IMG/VR virus record: IMGVR_UViG_3300012953_000192
Location: 1 to 26,059 of that record
Source: a virus
Lineage: Duplodnaviria; Caudoviricetes
Direction: 5' to 3' (one strand)
DNA length: 26,059 bases
The position numbers and the translations under genes are program-made. Positions 9,001 to 19,200 of this stretch are shown in pieces. How positions within the stretch are numbered: the first letter of the stretch is position 1; the number at the start of each line of letters is the position of its first letter. A model generated the notes under the pieces. The model saw nothing but the letters and a program-made list of their open reading frames with translations. It was not told where the DNA came from and made no database searches.

Positions 9001-11684
9001 TTGAAGGTATTGGTATTGGTAGTACAAATACTATTAGAGTTCGTAGAGAATGGTTAGGAACGAGAATTGGAGTTGCTGCCACTGGTGATCTAGTAACTAA
9101 AGTTGTTGGAAATTATAATATTGTAAATAATGTTCTGAATTTTACAGAAGCACCATTTGGCAATACACCTATTGGTTCAACTACAAATCCGCCTGATGAA
9201 AGAGATTGGACTGGTATCACTACATCTTCTAGTTTCCAAGGAAGATCTTTCATGAAATCTGGTATTGTGAATACTGTAAATGAGTCTTATCATAAGAACT
9301 ATATCTTTGATGATATTTCTGCAGGATTTAATGCTACAGAAAATGAGTTTACTCTTAAACAAAATGGATCTAATACTCCTGGTATTTCAACAGAGGGTGC
9401 CATTGTCTTAGTTAATGATATATTCCAGTCACCAGGACTCAGTGACCAGTATATACTGAGTGAGCAGTCTGGTATTACCTCCATCACATTCCAAGGCACT
9501 GATACAGTTCCCCTAGGATCGGATGTTGGTATTTCTAGTTATCCTAAGGGTGGTATTGTTATTTCAGTTGCTTCAACTGCTGGATTTGGTTATCAACCTT
9601 TAGTTTCTGCTGGAGGAACTGCGATTGTATCTGGTCTAGGAACAATTCAATCTATCAGTATTGGAAATAGTGGATCAGGATATAGATCTGGAATTCAAAC
9701 AGTTGTGAATGTTGGTGTAGGAACTTCTAGTTTGAGCACTGGAAATATTGAGTTTATTGGAACTGCTGCCATAAGTGGTGGTCATATTGTTAGTATCGCA
9801 ATTACCAATCCTGGTTCTGGATATACATCTACTAATCAACCCTTTGTAGTGTTTGATGATCCCTTAAGTTATTCCAATATGGATCTAGTGTATAGTTCTT
9901 CTTCTATTACTGGATTTGGAACACATGCAACTGCAAATGTTGTCGTTGGTCAAGGATCTAGTGTCATTGATTTTAAAATAGTTAATAGTGGTTATGGATA
10001 TGGTAATGGTCAAATTTTAACAGTTGCTATTGGTGGAACAACTGGTATTCCAACCACTTCTTCATATTCTGGAAATGAATTTCAATTGACACTTGATGAT
10101 GTTCATACTGATGAATTTAGTGGGTGGTCGGTTGGAACATTGGAAGTTCTGGATAAAATAGATGAATTTATTGATGGTGTAAGAAAAGATTTCCCACTTA
10201 CAAAAGCAGGTTCTATAGTTTCAATTGTTGCTGCTAAGGGATCTAAAATTAATGTTGAGGATGTTCTTCTCATATTTGTTAATAATATCCTGCAGGTTCC
10301 TGGGGAGGGATATACGTTTGATGGAGGAAGCACGGTTGTTTTCAGTGAACCTTTGAAGATAGGTGATACTGTAAATATTATCTTCTATAAGGGAAGTGGT
10401 GATACTGATGTTATCTTTAGAAACATTAATGAAACGGTGAAGAAAGGTGATACTTTACAAATCAAGAGTGATAGATCTATTGGTCAAGCATCATATCTAA
10501 CAGAAAATGAAAGAGTTGTGGAACTTATTAAGTCCACCAACACTGTTGAAACTAATCCTTATGGGGGTCCAGGAAATACTGTAGACGTTACTTTTGAAAG
10601 ACCTGTTGACTGGTGTAGACAAACTGAAGATATTTTTGTCAATCAGATTGGTGTTGGTAAAGACAGAGAACTGTATGAACCAGTCATTAATCCAAGTGCA
10701 TATCTTATCAAGTCTGTTGGAGTAGGTTCAACAGCAATCTACGTTGATAATCTGAGACCCATCTTTAATCCTCAAAATGAAAATGATACGGACTTATCTT
10801 TCCAAAAGAAAATTAAGTTTATAAGACAAGAACCCAAGACAGGTGCAGCTGGAACTGCAGTTGTTTCTGGATTTGGTACTATTTCCTCTGTTGTCATCTC
10901 TGATGGTGGTGTTGGATATACAACTGCTACTGTAAGTTTTGGTTCAACTATTGGTATTGGAACAACTACTAGAGCATTTGGTAATGTTGCCATTAGTGTT
11001 GGAGGGACAGTCACAGGAGTTGCCATTACAAATCCAGGTGTTGGATATACTTATACAAATCCACCAACTGTTCTTATTTCTCCTCCAACTTATTCTGAAG
11101 AAGAAGTAAGTGTGGATTCTTATTCTGGTGATAATGGAATCATTGTTGGGTTCGGAACGACTGCTGTTGGTGTTGGGACAACTCAACTCATATTCGATAT
11201 TCACATTCCATACGACTCTTTTCTTAGAGATTCTTCTATTGCAGGAACAGCATTAACCATAAGTTCTATTAGTGCTAATGATTACTTTGTTATTAGAAAT
11301 TCTAATGTTGGACTAGGATCTACTTCTGTAACCTCTTTTGATTCCTTGGGTAATATTGTTGGAGTAGGAACTTCATTTGCAGACAATGTTTATCAAGTTT
11401 CTAGTGCAGTATCTATTTCGACTAGTGTTTCTGGAATATCTACCTATATAAGGAGACTATTTGTCGAAGTTAATGATTTTGTATACGGATTCTCTGGAAT
11501 AACAACATCTGATAATTTTGGATCCTTTAGTTGGGGAAGAATAGATATTACTGCTAGGTCAGAATCTAATTCGTATAATTCATATACTCTAAGTGGTATT
11601 GGTATTTCTGAAGGAACTGGAATTTCTACATCAACATTGATCACCAGATCAAACTTCTTGAAATTCAAAAATTATATCGTTTAA
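3..11684 (+). CDS. gp7: Baseplate wedge initiator gp7-like giant protein, 5'-truncated by the window edge (at least 3893 aa)
   Basis: The frame of the 471..11684 ORF is open back to position 3 (ITNLSCLFLKEF...KDFYRSKGTDFSFEILFRALYNEEV...), so GTG 471 is not the true start. The KDFYRSKGT..SF..LFR.LY motif (~129-205) and LQDNFYYQNFSYSLRS...W..IV...NH.LG motif (~6897-7020) are typical of T4-like gp7. It lies directly upstream of gp8. Confidence 0.85.
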   Translation: MTNLSCLFLKEFLAKTKNQFLPGLQGRNLDSNLNQNLFVKQSKDFYRSKGTDFSFEILFRALYNEEVRIVKPRDFLISPSNAQYRIVNSLVVEPIEGNPENLENATLYQNEYKFGGIDKAYAPITSVEKIEVGYGKTFYKLNIDGGYNRDVPVQGAVYGAFTVEPSTRIIGKVSSGSTVLDVDSTVGFGSTGELYFRYPDDTIGVSSYTSKSLTQFYGVTDIDAEILDATNVGINTFAYGRSKLDQNEIIQVRVSSVLGSFNIPSDTNNLLKGGKVNVTNFGISENNYKTSKWFYNVSPTYKIKSLEIIDSSNNTYKVTLNVSNQFRSGDIVEIILNGLKKETKIISVTGEKTFIIRGQGVLNTDATYTIQRRIQKVSSGTYPLAQVYSTDIDNVYKNESGDYLVSSPSIPYYDSLPLNPASREFKFSGTFIGDEFEISPGIDHGFYTGDSVYYEAQLIDETFINDSGSSDTRKVRDTALFDDGLYFVKRVNGSTVKFSKSRNDIYNSKFVSLDNSKTVANSAIKPFEFNGKTLEPQKVLRKISEPLNNGTLTKTEPGLTGIFVNGVEILNYKGNDVIKYGKIETIDVLSEGTNIDVINVPNLIISDTVGTGATGYAAVSGSLREVRIIDPGFDYLNTPTVKVEGGNGSGAIAQVSMKLIDHEVEFFADQASVKVIIGTSSTQSTIGFSTYHKFRNAEQVVYNTKEQNAVVGIVTNSAYFVSIVDDTTVKLHPTQSDAIAGINTIFLTDYGIGKHSLKTVNKKSIVSSINVVNGGSGYENKKRTAPATGINTSSNIVTIVDHDYKTGEKVKYTCTGTPISGLSVDTEYYITVIDKDSFHLSQIGISSDREFYTRTKQYVDMTSVGVGTHTFNYPVITLTLSGNVGISSIGTETFKGSFQPILRGTVTSIHLENNGVGYGSSEVLNLDRQPTVELESGSDCQLTPIVVSGKVVEVIIQKSGSRYLSTPDLDVVGDGVGAVLVPVLENGSVTDVKIVEPGTGYSDDFGTTVINVIPAGSKEILPTFKANVQNWRVNLFEKYFTYFSQDDGIITAGLKSDDFGLQYSHLYAPRRLRETLFASDREGNTIYGEKDLTKVNGIEVQSTQHSPILGFAYDGHPIYGPYAYSRLNGGVISQMRSGYSLDIKDNRPPTSIFPEGFFIEDYTHNEISDDSVLDENNGRFCITPEFPKGTYAYFVTINDKFAESSGIFEKNNKPIFPYIIGNNYKGIPDEFNFKPSSNYDAFDISSDWRRNTQPLNVIEDDLEYPYFYVPNKLNQTATVTATSFGIVDSVGISTGGSNYRINETLVFNNNGTQGQGVSAKITRIKGRSVNNISVASSTIQNVEIYPGQAKGEYLVFSDNPHNFKPLDIVSISGLSTTSSGIEGFYNVGIKTNRLAIAGIGTTGVAIGNTNVTGIVTYFRVSGDLNYPSIRENDTLIIGSEKVKVLNIDPLNSRIRILRAFDNTVGSTHTIGKFVYEVSRKLKINSGFKTDYSYTLNKQIYFDPAETVGLGTTAGVGIGTTISFSNPGAGATSVFIQTKALYLPSHNLKTGDQVTYSTGIGTVKGSGIIVQDETNVGVGTTLADGSSLFVAKINDNLIGIATVRVGLGTTGTFVGLENPVSTTLFFRNVGTGDTHSFKTNYSVITGDLRRNLVTVSTAGTHGLSSPHNIFVNVNPQNTGIVTLTYNDFNRRLIVNPVGFVTAGVNTTTNAIIINSHGFKTGDKVIHTSETSSIGLSNNRIYYISKVDDNTIKLSNTYYDATQSKPKVIGITSASLGTINPITPLVKLYKNSTVTFDLSDSSLSYTNQGTKYPAFKFDLFVDKNFTKEWEKSKENKTFELSRQGIVGTVGAKAELFINENTPNELYYNLTPIYESNLPTVKSEIITDNEIISGNVLLSKGSFYNGKHTITVGTTTTFTYSITETPEKLSYDSSSLITYDTDCTHTYGPIAKVELTNQGSNYYSLPGITTVNTLGGNGAILEAKSSSVGSLKNMTLDNIGFNLPSDPTLNPRILLPQIIKIDSLASFNTVGVTSFGRGFSIPPKLVVLDGKTKKPVTDVDLKFTLGKPNVEILKNTDGMNNVTPTIIPTESGAGVGISTIVFNSTTETVTASLSVGFSTINTFPFVVGDKVLVEGISVGVGSTGTGYNSSGYDYKLFDVTGITENLGGIGSVTYSMSGLFKGSEFPGTFDSVNSSAKILASKHFPTFESSLNTKDFVNNEIITSDSAIGIVQSWDSKITTLTVSSDDNFVVGEIIKGSDSKVQGIASSITSFDSFINLGATSKVIQGWQEDFGLLNFELQKLQDNFYYQNFSYSLRSRVAFDDWNEIVSSQNHTLGYRKFSDYQLESNNRNSMTVGIPTDITNVSSVNHIDGFASLNCVYGFDLVTENNLNQNSKIISDEIIFSNRILTDYFESVGNRVLSIDDLGSQFNSNPRTNSFSVVDTFRLSDVRFQKYITYVRDKRYNAQRQLMLVDLLHDDSRGYLNQYGRVETHYDQGSFDFSISGSEAQLQFYPTRSAVNDYDLSVLSYNLNDNFLGTGTTSLGGVATIETKSSPVTSGVTTTIVSIGDTHTSVKVLVDINPDLTKNEEFEAVELNIVHDGTNIEMMEYGRLTTNLGGYSATGLGTYHAYFSGSSLNVDFIPTSVGIATTGVINTIQVGLSTNTITGIGTINLTRSRLEARTTSISASGSPGINTVSDYPNNYDAAYFIAQVTDTTNTSTQLSEIIVVDDYVTSTESYQTYDTEYGVIETSAGLGTFGSRVSAAGTVSLVFTPNTSIDTVVNVYMNALTLNEDTSLSNVIDFTNGTINSDLGSYQGTDSDIKRGFEIQHENLPIFERYFEANDAGIANTTNNTIKIPNHFFVSGEKLKYIHVGETDSAIGIATTSFVGAANTSFLPEENLFAVKVDDNVIKIATSAENALMSIPEVVELESVGIGTSHRFVSTNQNAKVVIALDNIIQSPIVSTALTTTLSDQMSSVDNILKFSGITSFFGSDLIQIGDEIMKIEGIGIGSTNTIRVRREWLGTRIGVAATGDLVTKVVGNYNIVNNVLNFTEAPFGNTPIGSTTNPPDERDWTGITTSSSFQGRSFMKSGIVNTVNESYHKNYIFDDISAGFNATENEFTLKQNGSNTPGISTEGAIVLVNDIFQSPGLSDQYILSEQSGITSITFQGTDTVPLGSDVGISSYPKGGIVISVASTAGFGYQPLVSAGGTAIVSGLGTIQSISIGNSGSGYRSGIQTVVNVGVGTSSLSTGNIEFIGTAAISGGHIVSIAITNPGSGYTSTNQPFVVFDDPLSYSNMDLVYSSSSITGFGTHATANVVVGQGSSVIDFKIVNSGYGYGNGQILTVAIGGTTGIPTTSSYSGNEFQLTLDDVHTDEFSGWSVGTLEVLDKIDEFIDGVRKDFPLTKAGSIVSIVAAKGSKINVEDVLLIFVNNILQVPGEGYTFDGGSTVVFSEPLKIGDTVNIIFYKGSGDTDVIFRNINETVKKGDTLQIKSDRSIGQASYLTENERVVELIKSTNTVETNPYGGPGNTVDVTFERPVDWCRQTEDIFVNQIGVGKDRELYEPVINPSAYLIKSVGVGSTAIYVDNLRPIFNPQNENDTDLSFQKKIKFIRQEPKTGAAGTAVVSGFGTISSVVISDGGVGYTTATVSFGSTIGIGTTTRAFGNVAISVGGTVTGVAITNPGVGYTYTNPPTVLISPPTYSEEEVSVDSYSGDNGIIVGFGTTAVGVGTTQLIFDIHIPYDSFLRDSSIAGTALTISSISANDYFVIRNSNVGLGSTSVTSFDSLGNIVGVGTSFADNVYQVSSAVSISTSVSGISTYIRRLFVEVNDFVYGFSGITTSDNFGSFSWGRIDITARSESNSYNSYTLSGIGISEGTGISTSTLITRSNFLKFKNYIV

Positions 11685-11688
11685 TCAC

Positions 11689-11697
11689 TAATAAATA
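11689..11697 (+). promoter_or_regulatory. T4-type late promoter (TAATAAATA) upstream of gp8
   Basis: Close match to the T4 gp55 late promoter TATAAATA, in the 32-nt intergenic gap and ~20 nt before ATG 11717. Confidence 0.7.
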
Positions 11698-11716
11698 AAG
11701 AAAAACTCTGTCCAAA

Positions 11717-13270
11717 ATGGCTGCCATTATAACTGATCAGATTAGAATATTAAATGCAGGTAATTTTATTGCTGGTGTATCTAATGCCAGTAATTCTTAT
11801 TACTCCTTCATTGGTTTAACCAATCCTGCGGATTATCAAACTGATTGGGACTCTGATCCACCTGCTCCAAAAGACAATTTTGATCAGGAGGATGATTATT
11901 GGGATACTATGGTAGCTCTGAAGAAAATCAATACTGCTGATGCTAGACAGGTTGTTCCAAAACTAAATTGGTCTTCTGGAACAACTTATGATATGTATAG
12001 ACATGATTATTCTAGATCAAAAACATCACCAGTTTCTGGTGGAACCAATCTTTACTCTACAAATTATATTGTACTGAATAGTGATTTTAGAGTTTATATT
12101 TGTTTACAGAATGGAATAAATCCAGATAATACTGAAGGTAGACCGTCTTTAGACGAACCACTTTTCACCGATCTAGAACCAAGATCTGCTGGAACAAGTG
12201 GTGATGGATATATTTGGAAATATCTTTATACAATTAAACCCAGTGAGGTTGTTAGATTTGAATCAACAGATTTCATGCCAGTTCCAACAGACTGGTTAAC
12301 TGCTGCAGAAAATTCAGCAGTAAGAGATAATGCAGTAGATGGTGGAATTAAAATCGTAACTGTAACTAATAAAGGTGTTGGTCTTGGCACAGCAAATAGT
12401 GTTTATACCTCAGTTCCAATCAGAGGTGATGGTACAGGAGCACAATGCACTGTTGTTATTGATGGAAATCAGCAAGTAAGTTCTGTTACTGTTTCAAATC
12501 AAGGATCCGGATATACATACGGTAATATTGATTTAGTTGCTGGTGGAGTACCAACAGGAACTACAAGACCATCTTTTGATGTAATCATTCCACCTCAAGG
12601 TGGTCATGGTGCAAATATCTATAGGGAACTTGGTGCATACAATGTTCTTTTATATTCTAGAATTGAAAATGACAGCACAAATCCAGATTTTATAACAGGA
12701 AATCAAATTGCAAGGGTTGGTATTGTTGAAAATCCACAACAATTTGGATCAACATCTCTCCTTAATTCGGACAAAGCAAGTGCTCTTAATGCTTTGAAAT
12801 TGGTTGGTACTGGATATAGCACTGCTACTTTCTCAGGAGATTCTTATTTTACTCAAACAGTATCGACTGGTACAACAGCAGTTGGTAGAGTTGTAAGTTA
12901 TGATCAAAATACTGGAGTTCTGAAATTTTGGCAAGATAGATCACTTGCTGGATTTAATACTGTAGGAACAGCACAAACTCAACCAACCTATGGATTTGAT
13001 TTAACTGAATTTTCTGCAACTCCTGGAACAGGAGGATCTCTAGTCATATCACCATCAACTGGTCAGGATTTATCAATTGATACAAATTTTACGGGTATAA
13101 CTACGGTAATAAATAATCGTACATACTATCTTGGTCAAACTTTCGATAGCGGTATCGCCAATCCTGAAGTTAAAGCACATTCTGGCAGTATTATTTACGT
13201 TGATAACAGACCGTCTATAACACGGTCATCGAATCAAAAAGAAGACATAAAAGTTATTTTGCAGTTCTAA
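11717..13270 (+). CDS. gp8: Baseplate wedge subunit gp8 (517 aa)
   Basis: Motifs WSSGTTYDMY, FRVYICLQNG, DGYIWKYLYTI and the C-terminus SGSIIYVDNRPSITRSSNQKEDIKVILQF are characteristic of T4-like gp8. Position after gp7 agrees. Confidence 0.9.
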   Translation: MAAIITDQIRILNAGNFIAGVSNASNSYYSFIGLTNPADYQTDWDSDPPAPKDNFDQEDDYWDTMVALKKINTADARQVVPKLNWSSGTTYDMYRHDYSRSKTSPVSGGTNLYSTNYIVLNSDFRVYICLQNGINPDNTEGRPSLDEPLFTDLEPRSAGTSGDGYIWKYLYTIKPSEVVRFESTDFMPVPTDWLTAAENSAVRDNAVDGGIKIVTVTNKGVGLGTANSVYTSVPIRGDGTGAQCTVVIDGNQQVSSVTVSNQGSGYTYGNIDLVAGGVPTGTTRPSFDVIIPPQGGHGANIYRELGAYNVLLYSRIENDSTNPDFITGNQIARVGIVENPQQFGSTSLLNSDKASALNALKLVGTGYSTATFSGDSYFTQTVSTGTTAVGRVVSYDQNTGVLKFWQDRSLAGFNTVGTAQTQPTYGFDLTEFSATPGTGGSLVISPSTGQDLSIDTNFTGITTVINNRTYYLGQTFDSGIANPEVKAHSGSIIYVDNRPSITRSSNQKEDIKVILQF

Positions 13271-13276
13271 AGAATT

Positions 13277-16200
13277 ATGCCCCAACAAACGAACCTCAAC
13301 GTAGCACCATACTTTGATGATTTTGATGCCACGAATGATTATCATAAGGTATTATTTAAACCAGGATTTCCTGTTCAGGCTAGAGAGTTAACAACTCTCC
13401 AGTCTATACTGCAAAATCAAATTGAAAGATTTGGGCAGCACTTCTTTAAAGAAGGAAGTAAAGTAATACCAGGAAATACTGGATATAGTCGGATATATTA
13501 CTGTGTTCAATTAGAAAACACATATCAAGGTGTTCCTGTAGCAGCATATGTTGACCAATTAGTTGGGACAAAGATAACGGGTCAAAATTCTGGAGTAACT
13601 GCATTTGTAGATAGTGTTTTATTACCAGAAAATTCTGAAAGAGGTAATTTAACACTATACATTAATTATTTGACCTCCAGCACTAATAATAACTCTACTC
13701 AAATTTTTAGTGACGGAGAACCAATTTTCTGCAATGAAGTTTTGAGTTCAGGATTGCTTGGAAATTCTACTATTGCAGCAGGAACTCCTCTTGCAGTAAC
13801 ACTAGAAACGGCTGCAGCTGCAACTGGATCTGTATTCCAAATTGATAGTGGTGTTTATTTTATTAGAGGAAATTTTGTAAACGTAAATAAAGAAAGTTTA
13901 GTATTAGATCAATATAATACATCTCCAAATTATAGAATCGGTCTTTTAATAGATGAAAGTATTATCACTTCCGATGTTGATGAAGAGTTAAATGATAATT
14001 CTCAGGGATTCAATAACTATGCTGCGCCTGGAGCAGATAGATTAAGAATCAGTGTAAGTTTATTTAAAAAAGCACTTGATGATTTTAATGATGATAACTT
14101 TATTTTACTAGCCACCGTTATTAATGGTGTTCTTCAAGTAAACAAAAGAAAGAGTATTGCAGGTGGTGGTATTGGATTTAGTGACTTAACAGATGTTCTT
14201 GCTAGAAGAACATTTGATGAATCTGGACACTATTATGTAAAACCATTTGATGTAACTGTTGTAAACTCTTTAAATGATAGAGTTGGTAATGGTGGAATTT
14301 TTAATACAGGACAATTCTCTCCTGGTGGAGTAACTGTTTCTGATGATCTTGCTTTATATAAAATTTCGCCAGGAAAAGCATACGTAAAAGGATATGAAAT
14401 TGAATCATTAAATGCTGTCTATCTTGATATAGATAAACCAAGAACAACCAGAACACTTGAAGATCAAAACATAATTTATAATACTGGTTCTACTTTAAGA
14501 CTTAATAGAGTTTATAGAAACCCAACAGTTGGATTAGGAAATACATATTTTATAAGTCTTAGAGATCAAAGAGTAGGATCAGATCAAGAAACTTTACCAG
14601 GCAACGAAGTTGGAGTTGCTAGAGTTTATGATTTTAGATTAGAATCTGGTTCATATAATACATCTGATGGAAACTTGAATGAGTGGAATCTTGCTCTTTA
14701 TGATGTTCAGACAAATGTTGAAATTTCAATAAATCAATCTCATACATTATCAACCCCAACTTTTGTAAAAGGTGCTAATAGTGGAGCAACAGGATTCTTA
14801 AGACATGCAGTCAGTGCTGGAACTGCACTTACAGTGTACGAATCAGAAGGATCTTTTGTAGTAAATGAAAGACTTATCTTTAATGGTGTTGATGATGGAA
14901 GAATTGCTATTGCCATCACGGAGCATAACATTTCAGATGCAAAATCTGTTTATGGAATGGTTGGATTCGATGGAACTGATTCTTCAGTAGGTATTAATAC
15001 ATTTAGTGCAGATGTAATTCAATCAACTAAATTTACTGTTGGAATTGCAACGGTAAGTCCTCTTGTTGGAGGAGTTAGCACTGTAAAAAGTAATAATCCT
15101 GCATTCCCAGGAACTTTAGTAAAAGAGAACGATTTAATTGAATATACTGATAATACTACAGGTGGACTTCTTACAGAAGATCCTATTGTAGCTAGAGTTG
15201 TTAGTGTTGGTACAACACATATTGACATTGAGGGTGTAACTGCAGTTGCAGGAATTTCTAGTGGACTTCTTCCTGCTGCAGCATTAAACGTAACTGACTT
15301 CAAAGTTATTACAACAGATCTAGCATCATCTTCAGATGACTCTTTATTTACTGCACTGTCTAAGATAAATGTATCTAATGTAAGTCTTGATGATGCATCA
15401 TTAACGATTAGAAAAACTTTTAACGTAACTATCGCAAGTAATGAACTCTCCACTCAAGTGGTTGCAGGAACAAATGAAACATTTTTATCTTTTGATGAGG
15501 AAAGATATCTTTTAATAAGAGATGATGGAACAACTGAATCTTTGAATGGAGATCAGTTAGATATTTCACCAAATGGAAAGACATTACAAATTCGTGATTT
15601 AGGATCTAATAGTGGTGCTACTTTAATCGCTTCTCTGAAAAAAGTTAAACCAAAAGCAAAGCAAAAAATTAAAAATAGAGTTAGTTCAATAACTATTGAT
15701 AAATCAAAGTTAGTTGGATCTGGAATTGGTACAACAACTTTGAACAATGGACTGACTTATGGATCTTTCCCATTTGGAACTAGGGTTGAAGATGAGGTTA
15801 TTTCTCTGAACACACCCGATCTGATTCAAATTCATGGAATCTTTGAGTCTGCGGATACTTCTGCAGCATCTTGCCCACAAGTCACACTGCAGACAATTAA
15901 TACCACATCAACTACAACTCAAGAACTTTTGATAGGTGAGAGACTTATTGGTCAAACAAGTGGTGCTGTTGCAATTGTAGCAGAAAAATTAGATAATTCT
16001 AATATTTCCTTTATTTACAAGAATGAAATTGGTTTTATTGAGGGAGAAACTGTTGAATTTGATGAATCTGTAGCATCCGCGCTTGTTTCATCATTAGTAA
16101 CACCAAGTTTTAATATTTCATCAAACTATTCTTTCCAAACTGGTCAAGAAAAAACATTCTATGACCATGGGAGAATTAAAAGAAAGGCAGATTCCTCTGC

Positions 16201-19200
16201 ACCCACTAAGCAATTGAAGATATATTTCATGAATGCTTCTTTCTCTTCAACAGATGATGGTGACATAACGACTGTAGAATCATACGATCAATTTGACTAT
16301 TCAAAAGAAATTAAAAATATAGACTTTAATAGAAATTCTGATATTATTGATATCAGACCTAGAGTTTCCACATTTGTTACTGCCTCAACTAATACCAGAT
16401 CTCCTCTGGAATTTCTTGGTAGAACATTTACTGCGTCTGGTCAATCAGCAACCACCGTACTGGCATCTGATGAAGCTATATTAGCAGATGTTTCTTACTA
16501 TCAAGGTAGAATTGATAGAGTCTACTTAACAAAAGAAGGTAGATTTCAGATAATGTATGGAACTCCTTCTGATGTTCCTGATAGACCTGAACCAATCGAT
16601 GATGCAATTGAAATCTGTAGGGTTAATCTTCCACCATTCCTTTATGATCCTAAGCAGGCATCTTTATCTTTTATGCAACATAAGAGATATCAAATGCAAG
16701 ATATCAAGAAACTTGAAGATAGAATCAAGAGTCTTGAATATTATACTACGTTATCTCTTCTTGAGAAAGAAACAGCAAACTTCTTTGTTCCAGATGACAA
16801 TGGTCTGAATAGATTTAAGTCTGGTTTCTTTGTTGACAACTTCAATGATTTTCAGGCACAAGAACTTGATATTCGTGTTAATAATTCTATCGACAGAAAA
16901 TTTAATGAACTGAGACCAAGACATTATACAAACTCTGTTGATTTGATATTTGGTCCTGTTATTGATACAGATCCTACTGCCGATTTAGATTTTGCGGATA
17001 TTGAAGGAAATAATACAAGAAAACAAAATGATGTTGTAACTCTTGACTATTCTGAGGTTGAATTTATCAAACAGAACTTTGCTACAAGAACTGAAAGTGT
17101 CACTCCTTTCCTTATTAGTTTTTGGAATGGAACTATAGAACTTACTCCAGCATCTGATAACTGGGTTGATACCAATAGACTTGAAGCAAAGATTATCGAA
17201 ACTGAAGGTAACTATAACGAAGTATTCAACGATAATGTTGAAGCTGGAGTAATTGATCCTCAAACAGGATTCGGTCCCATGATTTGGGATTCTTGGGAAA
17301 CAAACTGGACTGGTATTGAAGTTGTAGATTCTACTAGACAAAGAGTTATTCAAAATGGTCCAGATACCATTCACCGGCAGGGTCCTGGTGGTAGAGCAAG
17401 ACAAAGTAGAAATACCAGAACAGTTACTGATCAAGTTATTGAAGAAGAAATTAGAGTAACAAGAGAGTTTGGAACTGTTTCTAGAAGTGGTCTAAGGACA
17501 ATTGTTACTGAGCAGTTTGATCGTGAATCTGTTGGCGACAGAGTTGTAAGTAGAGATCTTATTCCCTTTATGAGATCTAGAAACGTTGAATTCGTTTCTA
17601 AGAAGATGAAACCACTCACCAGAATGTATGGATTCTTTGATGGTGTTGATATTACAGAGTATTGTGTTCCTAAACTTCTAGAAATCACCATGACATCTGG
17701 AACTTTTCAGGTTGGTGAAACAGTTGTTGGTGAAATGGGAACAGTTGGTCGTGGTGAAACCACTGCTGAATCTAATGCTAACATTAGATTTAGAGTTGCT
17801 CAATCAAATCATAGAGAGGGTCCTTATAATTCTCCTACTAAAACTTATGTAGAAAATCCATATTTGAATCTTCCATTATCTGCATCTTACTCCTCTACCT
17901 CTACCATTCTTAACGTAGATACATTCTCTCTTGCATCTCAAGCAAGAGGTGACTTCTACGGTTGGGTAAAAGAAGGAATGACATTTATTGGATCGACAAG
18001 TGGTGCTATTGCTACTGTTGAAAACGTCAGATTAATCTCTGATCTTTCTGCGACTCTGATTGGCAGTTATTATATTCCAGATCCTAATAATATTACTTTC
18101 CCAAGATTTGAATGTGGAACAAAGACTTTCACTCTTACTAATGATATTGATAATAATCAGGATAATTCAAGCACCATCGCAGAAGAGTCATTTAGTGCAT
18201 CTGGAACTTTAGAAACAGTTCAAGAAAATATCATTTCTGTTAGAAATGCAAGAGTTGAACTGAAGAACGAATTTCAGAGTAGGAATGTTAACAGAGATCT
18301 TGGAACGGAAGTTATTGACAGCAGAGTTGTTTCTTCACGAACAAGGACTCAGACAATTATTACTTGGTATGATCCTTTGGCACAATCTTTCTTAGTGGAG
18401 GATGAAACTGGTGTATTCTTGACAAGTTGTGATGTTTTCTTTAGATCTAAAGATGACATGGATATTCCTGTTGTCTTCCAATTAAGAACAATGATAAATG
18501 GATCTCCCTCGGCAAGAGTTCTTCCATTCTCTGAGGTTGTCTTAGATCCAGATGACGTTCAAACATCAGCTGATGGATCAATTGCTACTAACATTCAATT
18601 CAAGGCACCTGTATACGTTGAGGGGGGCACTGAGTATGCTGTATGCTTAGCATCCAACTCTACCAAGTATAGTGTCTATATTTCAAGGATCGGTGAAAAT
18701 GATCTTCTGACGGATACGTTTATTTCCAACCAACCATATCTTGGATCTCTGTTTAAATCACAGAACGCTTCTACATGGGAACCAAGTCAGTGGGAAGATC
18801 TTAAGTTTACTCTTTATAGAGCAGACTTCCTTGATACTGGATCGGTTGAGTTCTATAGTCCAGAACTTACAAGGGGAAATGCACAGATTGCAAAACTCAC
18901 TCCTGATCCAATTGTCCTTCAATCTAGATCAATTAGAGTTGGTCTAGGAACCACTGTTGCAGATACATATGAATTTGGAAATACTTTCTTTCAATCAGGA
19001 ACAAATGCAACTGGTGATCTTGTAGGAACTGCTGGTTCTGCCGTGGGAAATCTTTCAATTACCAATGCAGGTCTTGGATATACTCCTGCTGACGGTGGTC
19101 AGACATTTGCTGGAGTCAATCTCATCACCTTAACTGGTAACGGTAGAGGAGCAACAGCAGATATTACTATAAGAAACGGAAGTATTGTTTCCTCTGGTGC

